A stretch of DNA of 30,856 bases from a virus. Below are positions 24,431 to 30,828 of this stretch, piece after piece. The stretch lies in the IMG/VR virus record IMGVR_UViG_3300000116_000003, positions 1 through 30,856 of that record; one strand, written 5' to 3'. The stretch's first letter is position 1. Each line of letters opens with the position of its first letter. Both the position numbers and the translations under genes were made by a program. The notes under the pieces are model-generated. The model was not told where the DNA came from. It saw only the letters and a list, made by a program, of their open reading frames with translations, and ran no database searches.

Positions 24431-25266
24431 CTGATAGTGCTTAATTTATTTTTAACAAATTGATTGTAATATGTAACTACGTTATCCTTTGTGGTATTTA
24501 AGTATGGTGGCATACTTCTGTTAAGAAACAGAGAAAACTTAACCAACTCTTTTAACATCTTATCTACATTGTTTGTTTTGCGAATTACCTTATTAATGAT
24601 AACTGCTAAAGCACACTTAGTCAGCTTGTGTATCATTTTGTCCCACTCAAGATATTTGTTAATCTCATCTATGTAGGACGATTGCAATAGATAGTACAAT
24701 CTCAATCGTGTTGATGAATTGCTTTGTATTTTTGCGTTCCCTGTTCTAAAAGAATCGTTTGATGATTGAGTGAATAGCATCCTGATTGATGCGTGTGAGA
24801 ATACACCATTGATACCCATAGCTTCATCAAGTTGCTTAGGTGTTTCAGGGCTGTTGTATATCTTATTCCAAACAAACGTATAAAAGTTATCATTATCAAA
24901 AGGGTTCACACTTCGCTTAGTTGCGTGAAACCTTATATAGTCCTGTATCTGTAATGGCTTTCGTATGTTGTTAAGTGATAGAAAAACATCCTCAGGTTTT
25001 ACCTTTGTGTCGTTTGGCACTACAACAGCGTGTATCTCTTGCTCAGGCATCTTCTCAATTACAGAGCTTAACCTTTGGTATCCATCCTCTACTGAGTATA
25101 ACCCTTTGCGTATTTCATATAATGTTACTGCTGTTAAAAACCCATTCGCTTTGATTGAGTTGTTTAAGTTGCTTATGTGATGTTTCTCTTTCCATCTTTG
25201 ATGTAGGGGGATCGTTATTTGATTTTTTAAATCCCCTGCTTTAAATGTTCTTATCTCTGTTCTCAT
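24427..25266 (-). CDS. DUF262 / ParB-Srx superfamily protein (GmrS-type N-terminal domain only)
   Basis: IPLHQRW matches the DUF262 IPxFQRxYxW box. VEDGYQRLSSV matches the DGQQRLTT box. Confidence 0.6.
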   Translation of the reverse strand: MRTEIRTFKAGDLKNQITIPLHQRWKEKHHISNLNNSIKANGFLTAVTLYEIRKGLYSVEDGYQRLSSVIEKMPEQEIHAVVVPNDTKVKPEDVFLSLNNIRKPLQIQDYIRFHATKRSVNPFDNDNFYTFVWNKIYNSPETPKQLDEAMGINGVFSHASIRMLFTQSSNDSFRTGNAKIQSNSSTRLRLYYLLQSSYIDEINKYLEWDKMIHKLTKCALAVIINKVIRKTNNVDKMLKELVKFSLFLNRSMPPYLNTTKDNVVTYYNQFVKNKLSTIR

Positions 25267-25267
25267 G

Positions 25268-26041
25268 TTATAAAATTCCTGTTAAACAATAATTATCTAA
25301 ATCTGCACCATGTACAAAAAATGTTTCAAAAACTTCTATGGCTTCGTGTGTTTTTCTTTTACCCTCATTGTAAAACTCTTCTGATACATCGTATATCGCT
25401 ATGTCAAGAGTTCCTTTATCCATTACACCAAACTTAAACTCTGTGTAAGGTACGTTGAATAATTCACAATAAATATAGACTTGTATATCGTATCCGTATT
25501 TACGAGCTGAGTAAGGGAATCCTTTTATATCAGTTGTGGTCTTTAGGTCAACGATTTTGTTTTTACCTAATACATCTGCTTTTGCTCTAAAGGGATAACC
25601 ACCTATCATACCACAGGCAGGTACTTCAAACTCGCTATTGTCTAATAGTCTTAATGCCTGTTCGTTTCTTAGGAACGCATCAGATAACCTTTCAGCATCT
25701 CGTTTCTCTTTTTGTGTGAACACTTTACCATGCTCTGCTAATGCTTCCTTATACTTCTTTGTGTTCTTGCTTTGCACATCTACAAAGATCTGATCGTTAA
25801 ATACATCAGGTTCTAATATTGCTGTATGAAACAACCACCCATCTCTTAATGGTTGAGATTCAGGCGAACCATAGTCTGTAACAAACTTATACTTCTTTGG
25901 GCTTGTTGCAAGCATCTTGATTGATGATGAGCTTAGGGCTGCCTTAGCCATATACCCATAGTAAAAATCATCCTCTCTTAATAAATCTATGAGGGTGTCT
26001 TTCTTAAAGCGTTCCCCGTTTAGTAGTGTTATCTCGCTCAT
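25268..26041 (-). CDS. PD-(D/E)XK exonuclease (RecE/DUF3799- or Cas4/RecB-like)
   Basis: SSSSIKML..SPKKYKF and GWLFHTAILEPDVF fit the DUF3799 N-terminal pattern. Catalytic-like AKADV...IVDLKTT and QxxxY (DIQVYIY). Confidence 0.6.
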   Translation of the reverse strand: MSEITLLNGERFKKDTLIDLLREDDFYYGYMAKAALSSSSIKMLATSPKKYKFVTDYGSPESQPLRDGWLFHTAILEPDVFNDQIFVDVQSKNTKKYKEALAEHGKVFTQKEKRDAERLSDAFLRNEQALRLLDNSEFEVPACGMIGGYPFRAKADVLGKNKIVDLKTTTDIKGFPYSARKYGYDIQVYIYCELFNVPYTEFKFGVMDKGTLDIAIYDVSEEFYNEGKRKTHEAIEVFETFFVHGADLDNYCLTGIL

Positions 26042-26160
26042 CTTAAGTCTGCTTCAAAACAAGTTCCACTACAATACAACTCGCTCTCGTTTATGGGTGT
26101 ACCACACATTGAGCATTGGTTTGACTCTTCGTTATAATAGAGCCATTTACTATAATCCAT
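26038..26160 (-). CDS. 40-aa zinc-ribbon-like micro-ORF (MDYSKWLYYNEESNQCSMCGTPINESELYCSGTCFEADLR)
   Basis: Hand translation. CxxC...CxxxC pattern. ATGA overlap with the exonuclease start. Confidence 0.45.
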   Translation of the reverse strand: MDYSKWLYYNEESNQCSMCGTPINESELYCSGTCFEADLR

Positions 26161-26431
26161 ATTTATTCTCTTTTAAATTCTCTAACTCTTTCTCTACTCG
26201 TCTTGCACGTTCCACAGCTCTAATAACTGATTGACGTTCCTCTCGTAAAATACGCTTAAAGCTGTATCGTTCTAATTCTAATTGATTAATGTAGAACACG
26301 AGTCGTACAGTTGCTTCTGATATCTTTTGCAGCTCCTCGTTGTCTGACTTCTTTTGCCACTTGCTGATTGTTTCTAAAATCTCAGCAGAGTCAATCATAT
26401 ATTGTAACTGACCAAAATCCATATCAAGCAT
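26150..26431 (-). CDS. Hypothetical coiled-coil protein (93 aa)
   Basis: ORF with a charged heptad-like C-terminal half. Confidence 0.5.
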   Translation of the reverse strand: MLDMDFGQLQYMIDSAEILETISKWQKKSDNEELQKISEATVRLVFYINQLELERYSFKRILREERQSVIRAVERARRVEKELENLKENKYGL

Positions 26432-26471
26432 ATAATAATCCCTACAAGTCCTATCTGTGCGAAATCTATTT

Positions 26472-26612
26472 TCATAATCCTAAAAACTTTTTGGCTTTAG
26501 ACCACCACACATTTTGCGTGTAGTATAAGTTAAACTCTGTTTGAGTCATTACTTCGACCTTATTGCCTTTATTGACGATGTATAATCCTGTGGGTGTTAT
26601 TTTAAAAACCAT
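26472..26612 (-). CDS. Hypothetical 46-aa protein (MVFKITPTGLYIVNKGNKVEVMTQTEF...); shortened version of track ORF 26472..26666
   Basis: The internal ATG at 26612 avoids the N-terminal 18 codons, which overlap the membrane micro-ORF 26597..26731 in another frame. Confidence 0.35.
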   Translation of the reverse strand: MVFKITPTGLYIVNKGNKVEVMTQTEFNLYYTQNVWWSKAKKFLGL

Positions 26613-26731
26613 GCTCTTAGTATATAGGTTAATAATAAGATATCTAAAATAGCAATCCAAAAGCATAGAGCTATCAATGCGATATACATTGTACCCTCTA
26701 TGTCGTTAAAGTAATTGATTAATTTTCTCAT
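26597..26731 (-). CDS. 44-aa membrane micro-ORF (MRKLINYFNDIEGTMYIALIALCFWIAILDILLLTYILRAWFLK)
   Basis: Hand translation. Strong TM segment. The ATG is 18 nt downstream of a host-type promoter -7 box. Confidence 0.4.
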   Translation of the reverse strand: MRKLINYFNDIEGTMYIALIALCFWIAILDILLLTYILRAWFLK

Positions 26732-26749
26732 ATAATTGTTTTAATGTTA

Positions 26750-26781
26750 TACAAATGTAATAAAAAAATGTTAATAAAGCA
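26750..26781 (-). promoter_or_regulatory. Bacteroidota sigma-A-type promoter (TTTG-N20-TACATTTG)
   Basis: On the coding strand, TTTG (26781..26778) and TAcaTTTG (26757..26750) match the published -33 TTTG / -7 TAnnTTTG consensus. Located in the gap after the stop at 26785. Confidence 0.5.
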
Positions 26782-26784
26782 AAT

Positions 26785-27423
26785 TCATATATTTAAATGC
26801 ATTATCGTATTAATCTTGTTTATTGTTTCTTGCTTATCTACAATCCCTTTATCATCGTAGTAAACATAAACGTAAGGGGCGAACATACGTGCGTAGTTAT
26901 CGTTCTTTTCTTTGTGGTTTGCCTTTGCTCTGTTTTGATAAGCTGTATTCATCATCTTGTATGAGATAGGTTTTATCTGTATCCCTAAGACAATGTAATC
27001 ATCTTTTATAACCTCAGCATCTATGCAGTAAGTGTGGTCTTTCTCAAAGTCTGTTTTAACTATATCTATATTGGTAAACTCTGCTTTGAGTTCGTCTATT
27101 ATAGTTAGTTCCTGTTGGTATCCGTTCCACGTCTGTCCTATCACACGGTAGAAAACATACTGCTTTATATCTTCCATTGATACCCATTGATTCTTTAAAT
27201 GTATCCTTTGGCTTACATAGGATAGCTGTTTAAAACCTACTGAGCATTTATACGAGTGTTCCCAATCTTTATGCGTTTTGCTTTCGTGGTGCTTATAGAA
27301 GTCGCTTATGAGCTTCATACACTTACCTACATATTTAGTCTGAAAAAAATGATTGACACTCTTGTCTTTGTTTAGCTTTCTGTACAGGGCATCGTCTAAT
27401 GGTTGCTTATACTTATAAGGCAT
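26785..27423 (-). CDS. Putative PD-(D/E)XK-fold nuclease-like protein
   Basis: TIIDELK ... YCIDAEV ... LGIQIKP fits an E...D-x(n)-Q-x-K arrangement. No family confidently recognised. Confidence 0.35.
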   Translation of the reverse strand: MPYKYKQPLDDALYRKLNKDKSVNHFFQTKYVGKCMKLISDFYKHHESKTHKDWEHSYKCSVGFKQLSYVSQRIHLKNQWVSMEDIKQYVFYRVIGQTWNGYQQELTIIDELKAEFTNIDIVKTDFEKDHTYCIDAEVIKDDYIVLGIQIKPISYKMMNTAYQNRAKANHKEKNDNYARMFAPYVYVYYDDKGIVDKQETINKINTIMHLNI

Positions 27424-27670
27424 ATATCTTGTTTATTTGGTATATCCATTCTTTAATACGCTTAGGCGAACAGGTGCATGGTTCGTGGTACTTATGAGCA
27501 TATAGGTCAGCGTGTAATTCGCATATCAGTTTGTAATGCTTCTCGGTCATATTACCACTAAGAACCTCAGCATAGGGCTTCCACCTTTGTCTTTGCTCAT
27601 CGGTCATTTGTCCTTTTGGCATACTAAAACTTGAAAGAATTCCAATTGTTTCTGCGCTCATCGCACCCAC
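27413..27670 (-). CDS. Hypothetical protein; first gene after the sigma-proximal promoter motif
   Basis: The track start at 27670 is a GTG; an ATG at 27661 (MSAETIG...) is an alternative. Contains HEPCTCSP. Confidence 0.45.
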   Translation of the reverse strand: MGAMSAETIGILSSFSMPKGQMTDEQRQRWKPYAEVLSGNMTEKHYKLICELHADLYAHKYHEPCTCSPKRIKEWIYQINKIYAL

Positions 27671-27704
27671 AATCTCTACCCCTAAGTTTGGATATCTTCT
27701 TTAC

Positions 27705-27732
27705 TATATAACGTAATCCTGTGTATTTTGTA
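27705..27732 (-). promoter_or_regulatory. Phage-specific promoter motif copy: TACAAA-N12-ACGTTATATA
   Basis: 10-mer at 27705..27714, hexamer tttgta at 27727..27732. Lies in the 81-nt gap directly downstream of the sigma gene. Confidence 0.6.
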
Positions 27733-27751
27733 AAGTAAAATACTAAATCCC

Positions 27752-28249
27752 CTAATCCCATTCTATATTATTTTTAATTAAATCCTTAACTCTTTTGTAT
27801 GTAAAGTACAGAGAATAATAAGATATGTTTGTCTTACGTGCCAACTCTGCAATAGACATCCCACCACTAATTATTTCAAACACAGTCCTATCATACCAAA
27901 AAGTTTTATCGAGTAGATTATCCATTTGCTTCATAGCATCGCAAACATCTATCTCTTTTGATTCGCCCTGATCATCTAAATAGTCAGCAAGGTTATCAAT
28001 GTTAGTCTTAATGATTTTTTTCTCTTTTCGATGCAAGTCTATAAACAAAGCCCTAAGAGTTCGGTAGATGTACATATGATTAATATCATCCTTAAAAGAT
28101 ATATCTACACCCTTTGTAATGAGAGTGTGCATACGGATATACATTTCTTGGACTAAATCTTCAGCGATAGATTCTTTGCACCCAAAGGATAACACTATCC
28201 TGTGCCAATCATCGTGCTTCTCTGCAATCTTTTCAAGTGTGGTTTTCAA
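27752..28249 (-). CDS. ECF-like RNA polymerase sigma factor
   Basis: Region-2-like IAEDLVQEMYIRMH and YIYRTLRALFIDLHRKEKK. Region-4 HTH-like FWYDRTVFEIISGGMSIAELARKTNISYYSLYFTYKRVKDLIK. Apparent TTG start overlapping the helicase stop (TTTTGA). Confidence 0.7.
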   Translation of the reverse strand: MKTTLEKIAEKHDDWHRIVLSFGCKESIAEDLVQEMYIRMHTLITKGVDISFKDDINHMYIYRTLRALFIDLHRKEKKIIKTNIDNLADYLDDQGESKEIDVCDAMKQMDNLLDKTFWYDRTVFEIISGGMSIAELARKTNISYYSLYFTYKRVKDLIKNNIEWD

Positions 28250-29154
28250 AATGGTAAATCTGTTTGCTCTTTGGTATTGTAAGTTACTAAATTTTTTCCA
28301 TCTATTTCAAAACCTACATTATTTAATATACTTCTAAACTTAATAGGATCTTCCATAGGTGTGGGTTTGTACCCTAATTCTTGATTTTTAACCTTTGCTG
28401 TGTACAAGTTTGAGTATATCCAATCCGTTTCGTGGTAGATGTACCTGTGTATAATTAAGTAATCATCAGCTCGGTTATTGCTCATCCCCCCCATTTCAGA
28501 ATCACTTGCCATAGGTGGGATAGGATGCCCTGAATAGTAATGCCCCTGAGCGTGTTTTTTTCTTAATGCTTCTGTAACAGCGTGAACACATATCCACGTA
28601 GTAATGTTATGCTGCTTGCAGAAGATTCGTATATCGGTAAGACTTTCGTAGCTGTACTCATAGCTGTTTGAGTTTTTAGGGATATTCTTTTTTAAGCTAT
28701 TAAGAGGATCAATTAAAAACCCTTGATAATCCCACGCCTTTTTTACAGCAGTTGCAAGTTCTAAAAGGTCTTTGTAAGTGTACGATTTCTCGGCATCTAC
28801 AAACTTAAAATGATTAAATACCCATTCGTATTGCCTGTCAAAGTCCTCTTTCTCTATTTGGTTGATTGGTTTGCCCTCTGCAAATTCTATAAGTTTACGA
28901 ATTAGCGCATAGGGTTCGTTCTCACTTGAAAATACAAGCCATCTTACGTTGTGCTTTTTTGAGTACAGAAACATTAAATAAAATACTAAGTGTGTTTTAC
29001 CTGTGTTTGCGTGTCCTAAAATAAAGTTGAGATTGCCATGCACGAATCGAAAATGATTATCTAATCTTTCTATCCCTAAGCGTAAACCCTCGTTTACTTT
29101 TCCTGCACGTATATCGTTGAGTTTCTTTAAATGTTTATCGAAGTTTATTAGCAT
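28246..29154 (-). CDS. DnaB-C-terminal-like (RecA-fold) replicative helicase; no primase domain
   Basis: Walker A GHANTGKTH, Walker B-like GFLIDPLNSL, later ICVHAV and SDSEMGGMSNNRADDYLIIHR, in the order of DnaB motifs H1-H4. C-terminus is ...QTDLPF. Confidence 0.65.
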   Translation of the reverse strand: MLINFDKHLKKLNDIRAGKVNEGLRLGIERLDNHFRFVHGNLNFILGHANTGKTHLVFYLMFLYSKKHNVRWLVFSSENEPYALIRKLIEFAEGKPINQIEKEDFDRQYEWVFNHFKFVDAEKSYTYKDLLELATAVKKAWDYQGFLIDPLNSLKKNIPKNSNSYEYSYESLTDIRIFCKQHNITTWICVHAVTEALRKKHAQGHYYSGHPIPPMASDSEMGGMSNNRADDYLIIHRYIYHETDWIYSNLYTAKVKNQELGYKPTPMEDPIKFRSILNNVGFEIDGKNLVTYNTKEQTDLPF

Positions 29155-29166
29155 TTGGTAAAGTTA

Positions 29167-29191
29167 TAAAAAAAAGGGGCTGTAAAGCCCC
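29167..29191 (-). terminator. Rho-independent terminator after the SSB-like gene
   Basis: Minus-strand RNA: GGGGCU-UUAC-AGCCCC followed by U9 (29175..29167). Confidence 0.75.
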
Positions 29192-29197
29192 CTATGA

Positions 29198-29524
29198 TTA
29201 AAATGGTAAATCTGCTCTATCAGGTGCGTGTTCTTTAGCTTCAACACCCTCTGCTTGTTTGTGGATTTTCCACGCTTGTATTGTGTTAAATACTTTGACC
29301 TCGCCCTGTGGGTTAGTCCACTCACGTCCTCTAAGGTTGTATTGAACCTCTACGTGATCGCCCTCGTTGTATTTGTCTAAAGCGATGCATTTGTCATTTG
29401 AAAACACTACACTTAATATCTGTGGATATTGCTCTTTAGTGTTTAATACAAGTTCTCTAAATTGATAATTACCTTTTGTAGTTGTTTTTCCTACTCTATT
29501 TACTGTACCTATAATGCTACCCAT
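29198..29524 (-). CDS. OB-fold single-strand DNA-binding-like protein (DUF3127-like) with an SSB-type C-terminal tip
   Basis: FRELVLNTKEQYPQILSVVFSNDKCIALDKYNEGDHVEVQYNLRGREWTNPQGEVKVFNTIQAWKI matches my recollection of the DUF3127 pattern. Ends ...DRADLPF, like the bacterial SSB tip D(D/L)(I/L)PF. Confidence 0.6.
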   Translation of the reverse strand: MGSIIGTVNRVGKTTTKGNYQFRELVLNTKEQYPQILSVVFSNDKCIALDKYNEGDHVEVQYNLRGREWTNPQGEVKVFNTIQAWKIHKQAEGVEAKEHAPDRADLPF

Positions 29525-29879
29525 TGTTCACAAAGTTTATTAATAGTTGCGCATCTGCAATTACTGTTTGTATATCTGCGTTCGGTCTTGATGCGTGAAA
29601 GTCCGCAGCAGCTTTTACCATACTTTGACGAACAATAATCTGTTCTCTGTTTGCAGGCGGTGCTGCTTGTATGGGTTTGTTGTAGATGAGCTTCGCTGTG
29701 TTGTATTGCTCATTCGTGATTTCAAAGTCGATAGTTTCGCCTACCTGCTTTTTAAATTCGCCTTTGGCGAGGAATTGAAAATTCTGACCATTTGCGAGAT
29801 ACACCTGATACTTATTAAAAGTACCTGATGCGTTTGTGTATGTACCTTTCGGTTCTATTTGAGTGATTTTACTCTGCAT
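29517..29879 (-). CDS. Hypothetical protein (120 aa) in the replication module
   Basis: ORF overlapping the SSB-like gene start by 8 nt. Beta-rich N-terminal half, helical C-terminal half. No family recognised. Confidence 0.5.
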   Translation of the reverse strand: MQSKITQIEPKGTYTNASGTFNKYQVYLANGQNFQFLAKGEFKKQVGETIDFEITNEQYNTAKLIYNKPIQAAPPANREQIIVRQSMVKAAADFHASRPNADIQTVIADAQLLINFVNNG

Positions 29880-29979
29880 AATATATTTCTATTTGTTGTT
29901 CTAAAATTTCTATATGAGCTTCTAACTCTTCTATTCTATTGCTCATACTTTCTAATCGTGCCTTATTAAATTCCTTCAT
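29869..29979 (-). CDS. 36-aa coiled-coil micro-ORF (MKEFNKARLESMSNRIEELEAHIEILEQQIEIYYAE)
   Basis: Hand translation. Overlaps both flanking ORFs. Confidence 0.3.
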   Translation of the reverse strand: MKEFNKARLESMSNRIEELEAHIEILEQQIEIYYAE

Positions 29980-30148
29980 GAGTTCCACTATATAGTCCGT
30001 ATCGTTTATTCTCTTCAATTTTTAACATATCGAGTATATCGTACAGGTCATTAAGGGTTTGGTTAGACATATCGCTTTTGTTAGCGAGTGTGTGTGATAC
30101 AGCGTAGAGTATTGCATCTTGCTGTTCGGTATTTAAATTGAATTGCAT
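29966..30148 (-). CDS. Hypothetical early protein (60 aa)
   Basis: ORF following the terminator at 30194..30219. A weak TAtaTTTA box lies 21 nt upstream of its ATG. Confidence 0.45.
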   Translation of the reverse strand: MQFNLNTEQQDAILYAVSHTLANKSDMSNQTLNDLYDILDMLKIEENKRYGLYSGTHEGI

Positions 30149-30193
30149 AATAAAGTTTTAATGTTGGTGTAAATATATAAATTATTTTTTAAA

Positions 30194-30219
30194 TAAAAAA
30201 AGGGGGCAAAGCACCCCCC
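30194..30219 (-). terminator. Rho-independent terminator after the NinG-like gene
   Basis: Minus-strand RNA: GGGGG(G)-UGCUUUG-CCCCC followed by U8. Confidence 0.7.
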
Positions 30220-30266
30220 TTAATCATAACATTAAAACAGTACAGGATATGTACTCTGCAAATATA

Positions 30267-30665
30267 CTATTTCATTTTCTTTTTGACAAGAGCTGTGTAT
30301 TTAGTTATTAACCCTTGTAAGTCGTTATTTGAGTATTTAGTGATTTGTATGGCTTTAGCGTGTAAGTCCTCTGCTGTACCCTGCCCAAAGTCTTTATCTA
30401 ACCTTAGACCAAACTTGTACTGTTCTCCATACCTAAACACATTACAAGCAGAGCATTGCACTTGGCAGTTTGTTTCATCCCATCTCGTTCCGTAGTGCTT
30501 CCTGCTTTGAAAGTGTCCGTTTTGTAATCGCTTCCAATGGTCTTGCTTACCACAGGTGTAGCATTCAGCTATACCCTGAGCATTAGCGTTTCTAAGTCGT
30601 ATGTACTGACTAAAGATATTATCTAAACGCTTTACAAGATTTTTACGTGATACCTTTTTAGACAA
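30267..30665 (-). CDS. ninG: NinG/Rap-like recombination endonuclease
   Basis: FSQYIRLR...CYTCG...LQNGHFQSR......NCQVQCSACN fits the lambda NinG family pattern (CxxC ... GH ... CxxCN). Apparent TTG start overlapping the upstream stop. Confidence 0.65.
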   Translation of the reverse strand: MSKKVSRKNLVKRLDNIFSQYIRLRNANAQGIAECYTCGKQDHWKRLQNGHFQSRKHYGTRWDETNCQVQCSACNVFRYGEQYKFGLRLDKDFGQGTAEDLHAKAIQITKYSNNDLQGLITKYTALVKKKMK

Positions 30666-30828
30666 TAGCGTTATCTAAAATCTGAATGATTTGGCGTAGC
30701 TCTGACTTCTCAAACTTACCTTCTATCTGCGCATTGTAAGTCTTAAACAACAAATTATAAATATGCTTTTCAGTATCGCCTTTATCCTCTTTTTTACCTA
30801 AGTAATCTATTTTTAAATCAAATTTCAT
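30658..30828 (-). CDS. 56-aa hypothetical protein, first gene of the leftward early unit
   Basis: Hand translation: MKFDLKIDYLGKKEDKGDTEKHIYNLLFKTYNAQIEGKFEKSELRQIIQILDNAIV. Its 5' end lies in the terminal repeat. Confidence 0.45.
   Translation of the reverse strand: MKFDLKIDYLGKKEDKGDTEKHIYNLLFKTYNAQIEGKFEKSELRQIIQILDNAIV

Noticed and set aside
24702-24899. Minus-strand 65-aa ORF nested in the DUF262 gene.
   Set aside because: It lies fully inside 24427..25266 in a different frame, has no start context of its own, and has an unremarkable composition.
27676-27751. TTAGGGG(A/T) direct repeat flanking the sigma-proximal promoter motif as an operator (coding strand 27751..27736 and 27690..27676).
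   Set aside because: There are only two 7-8-nt copies. One overlaps the sigma stop codon. The other could instead be an SD-like AGGGG upstream of the GTG at 27670. This is too weak to call.
822-29429. DnaA-box-like 9-mers as targets for the DnaA-IV-like protein: cGTGGATAA at 822..830, ATCCACA at 1153..1159, TGTGGATAt at 29421..29429.
   Set aside because: They are isolated, imperfect, inside coding sequence and not clustered. They are indistinguishable from chance without a statistical scan.
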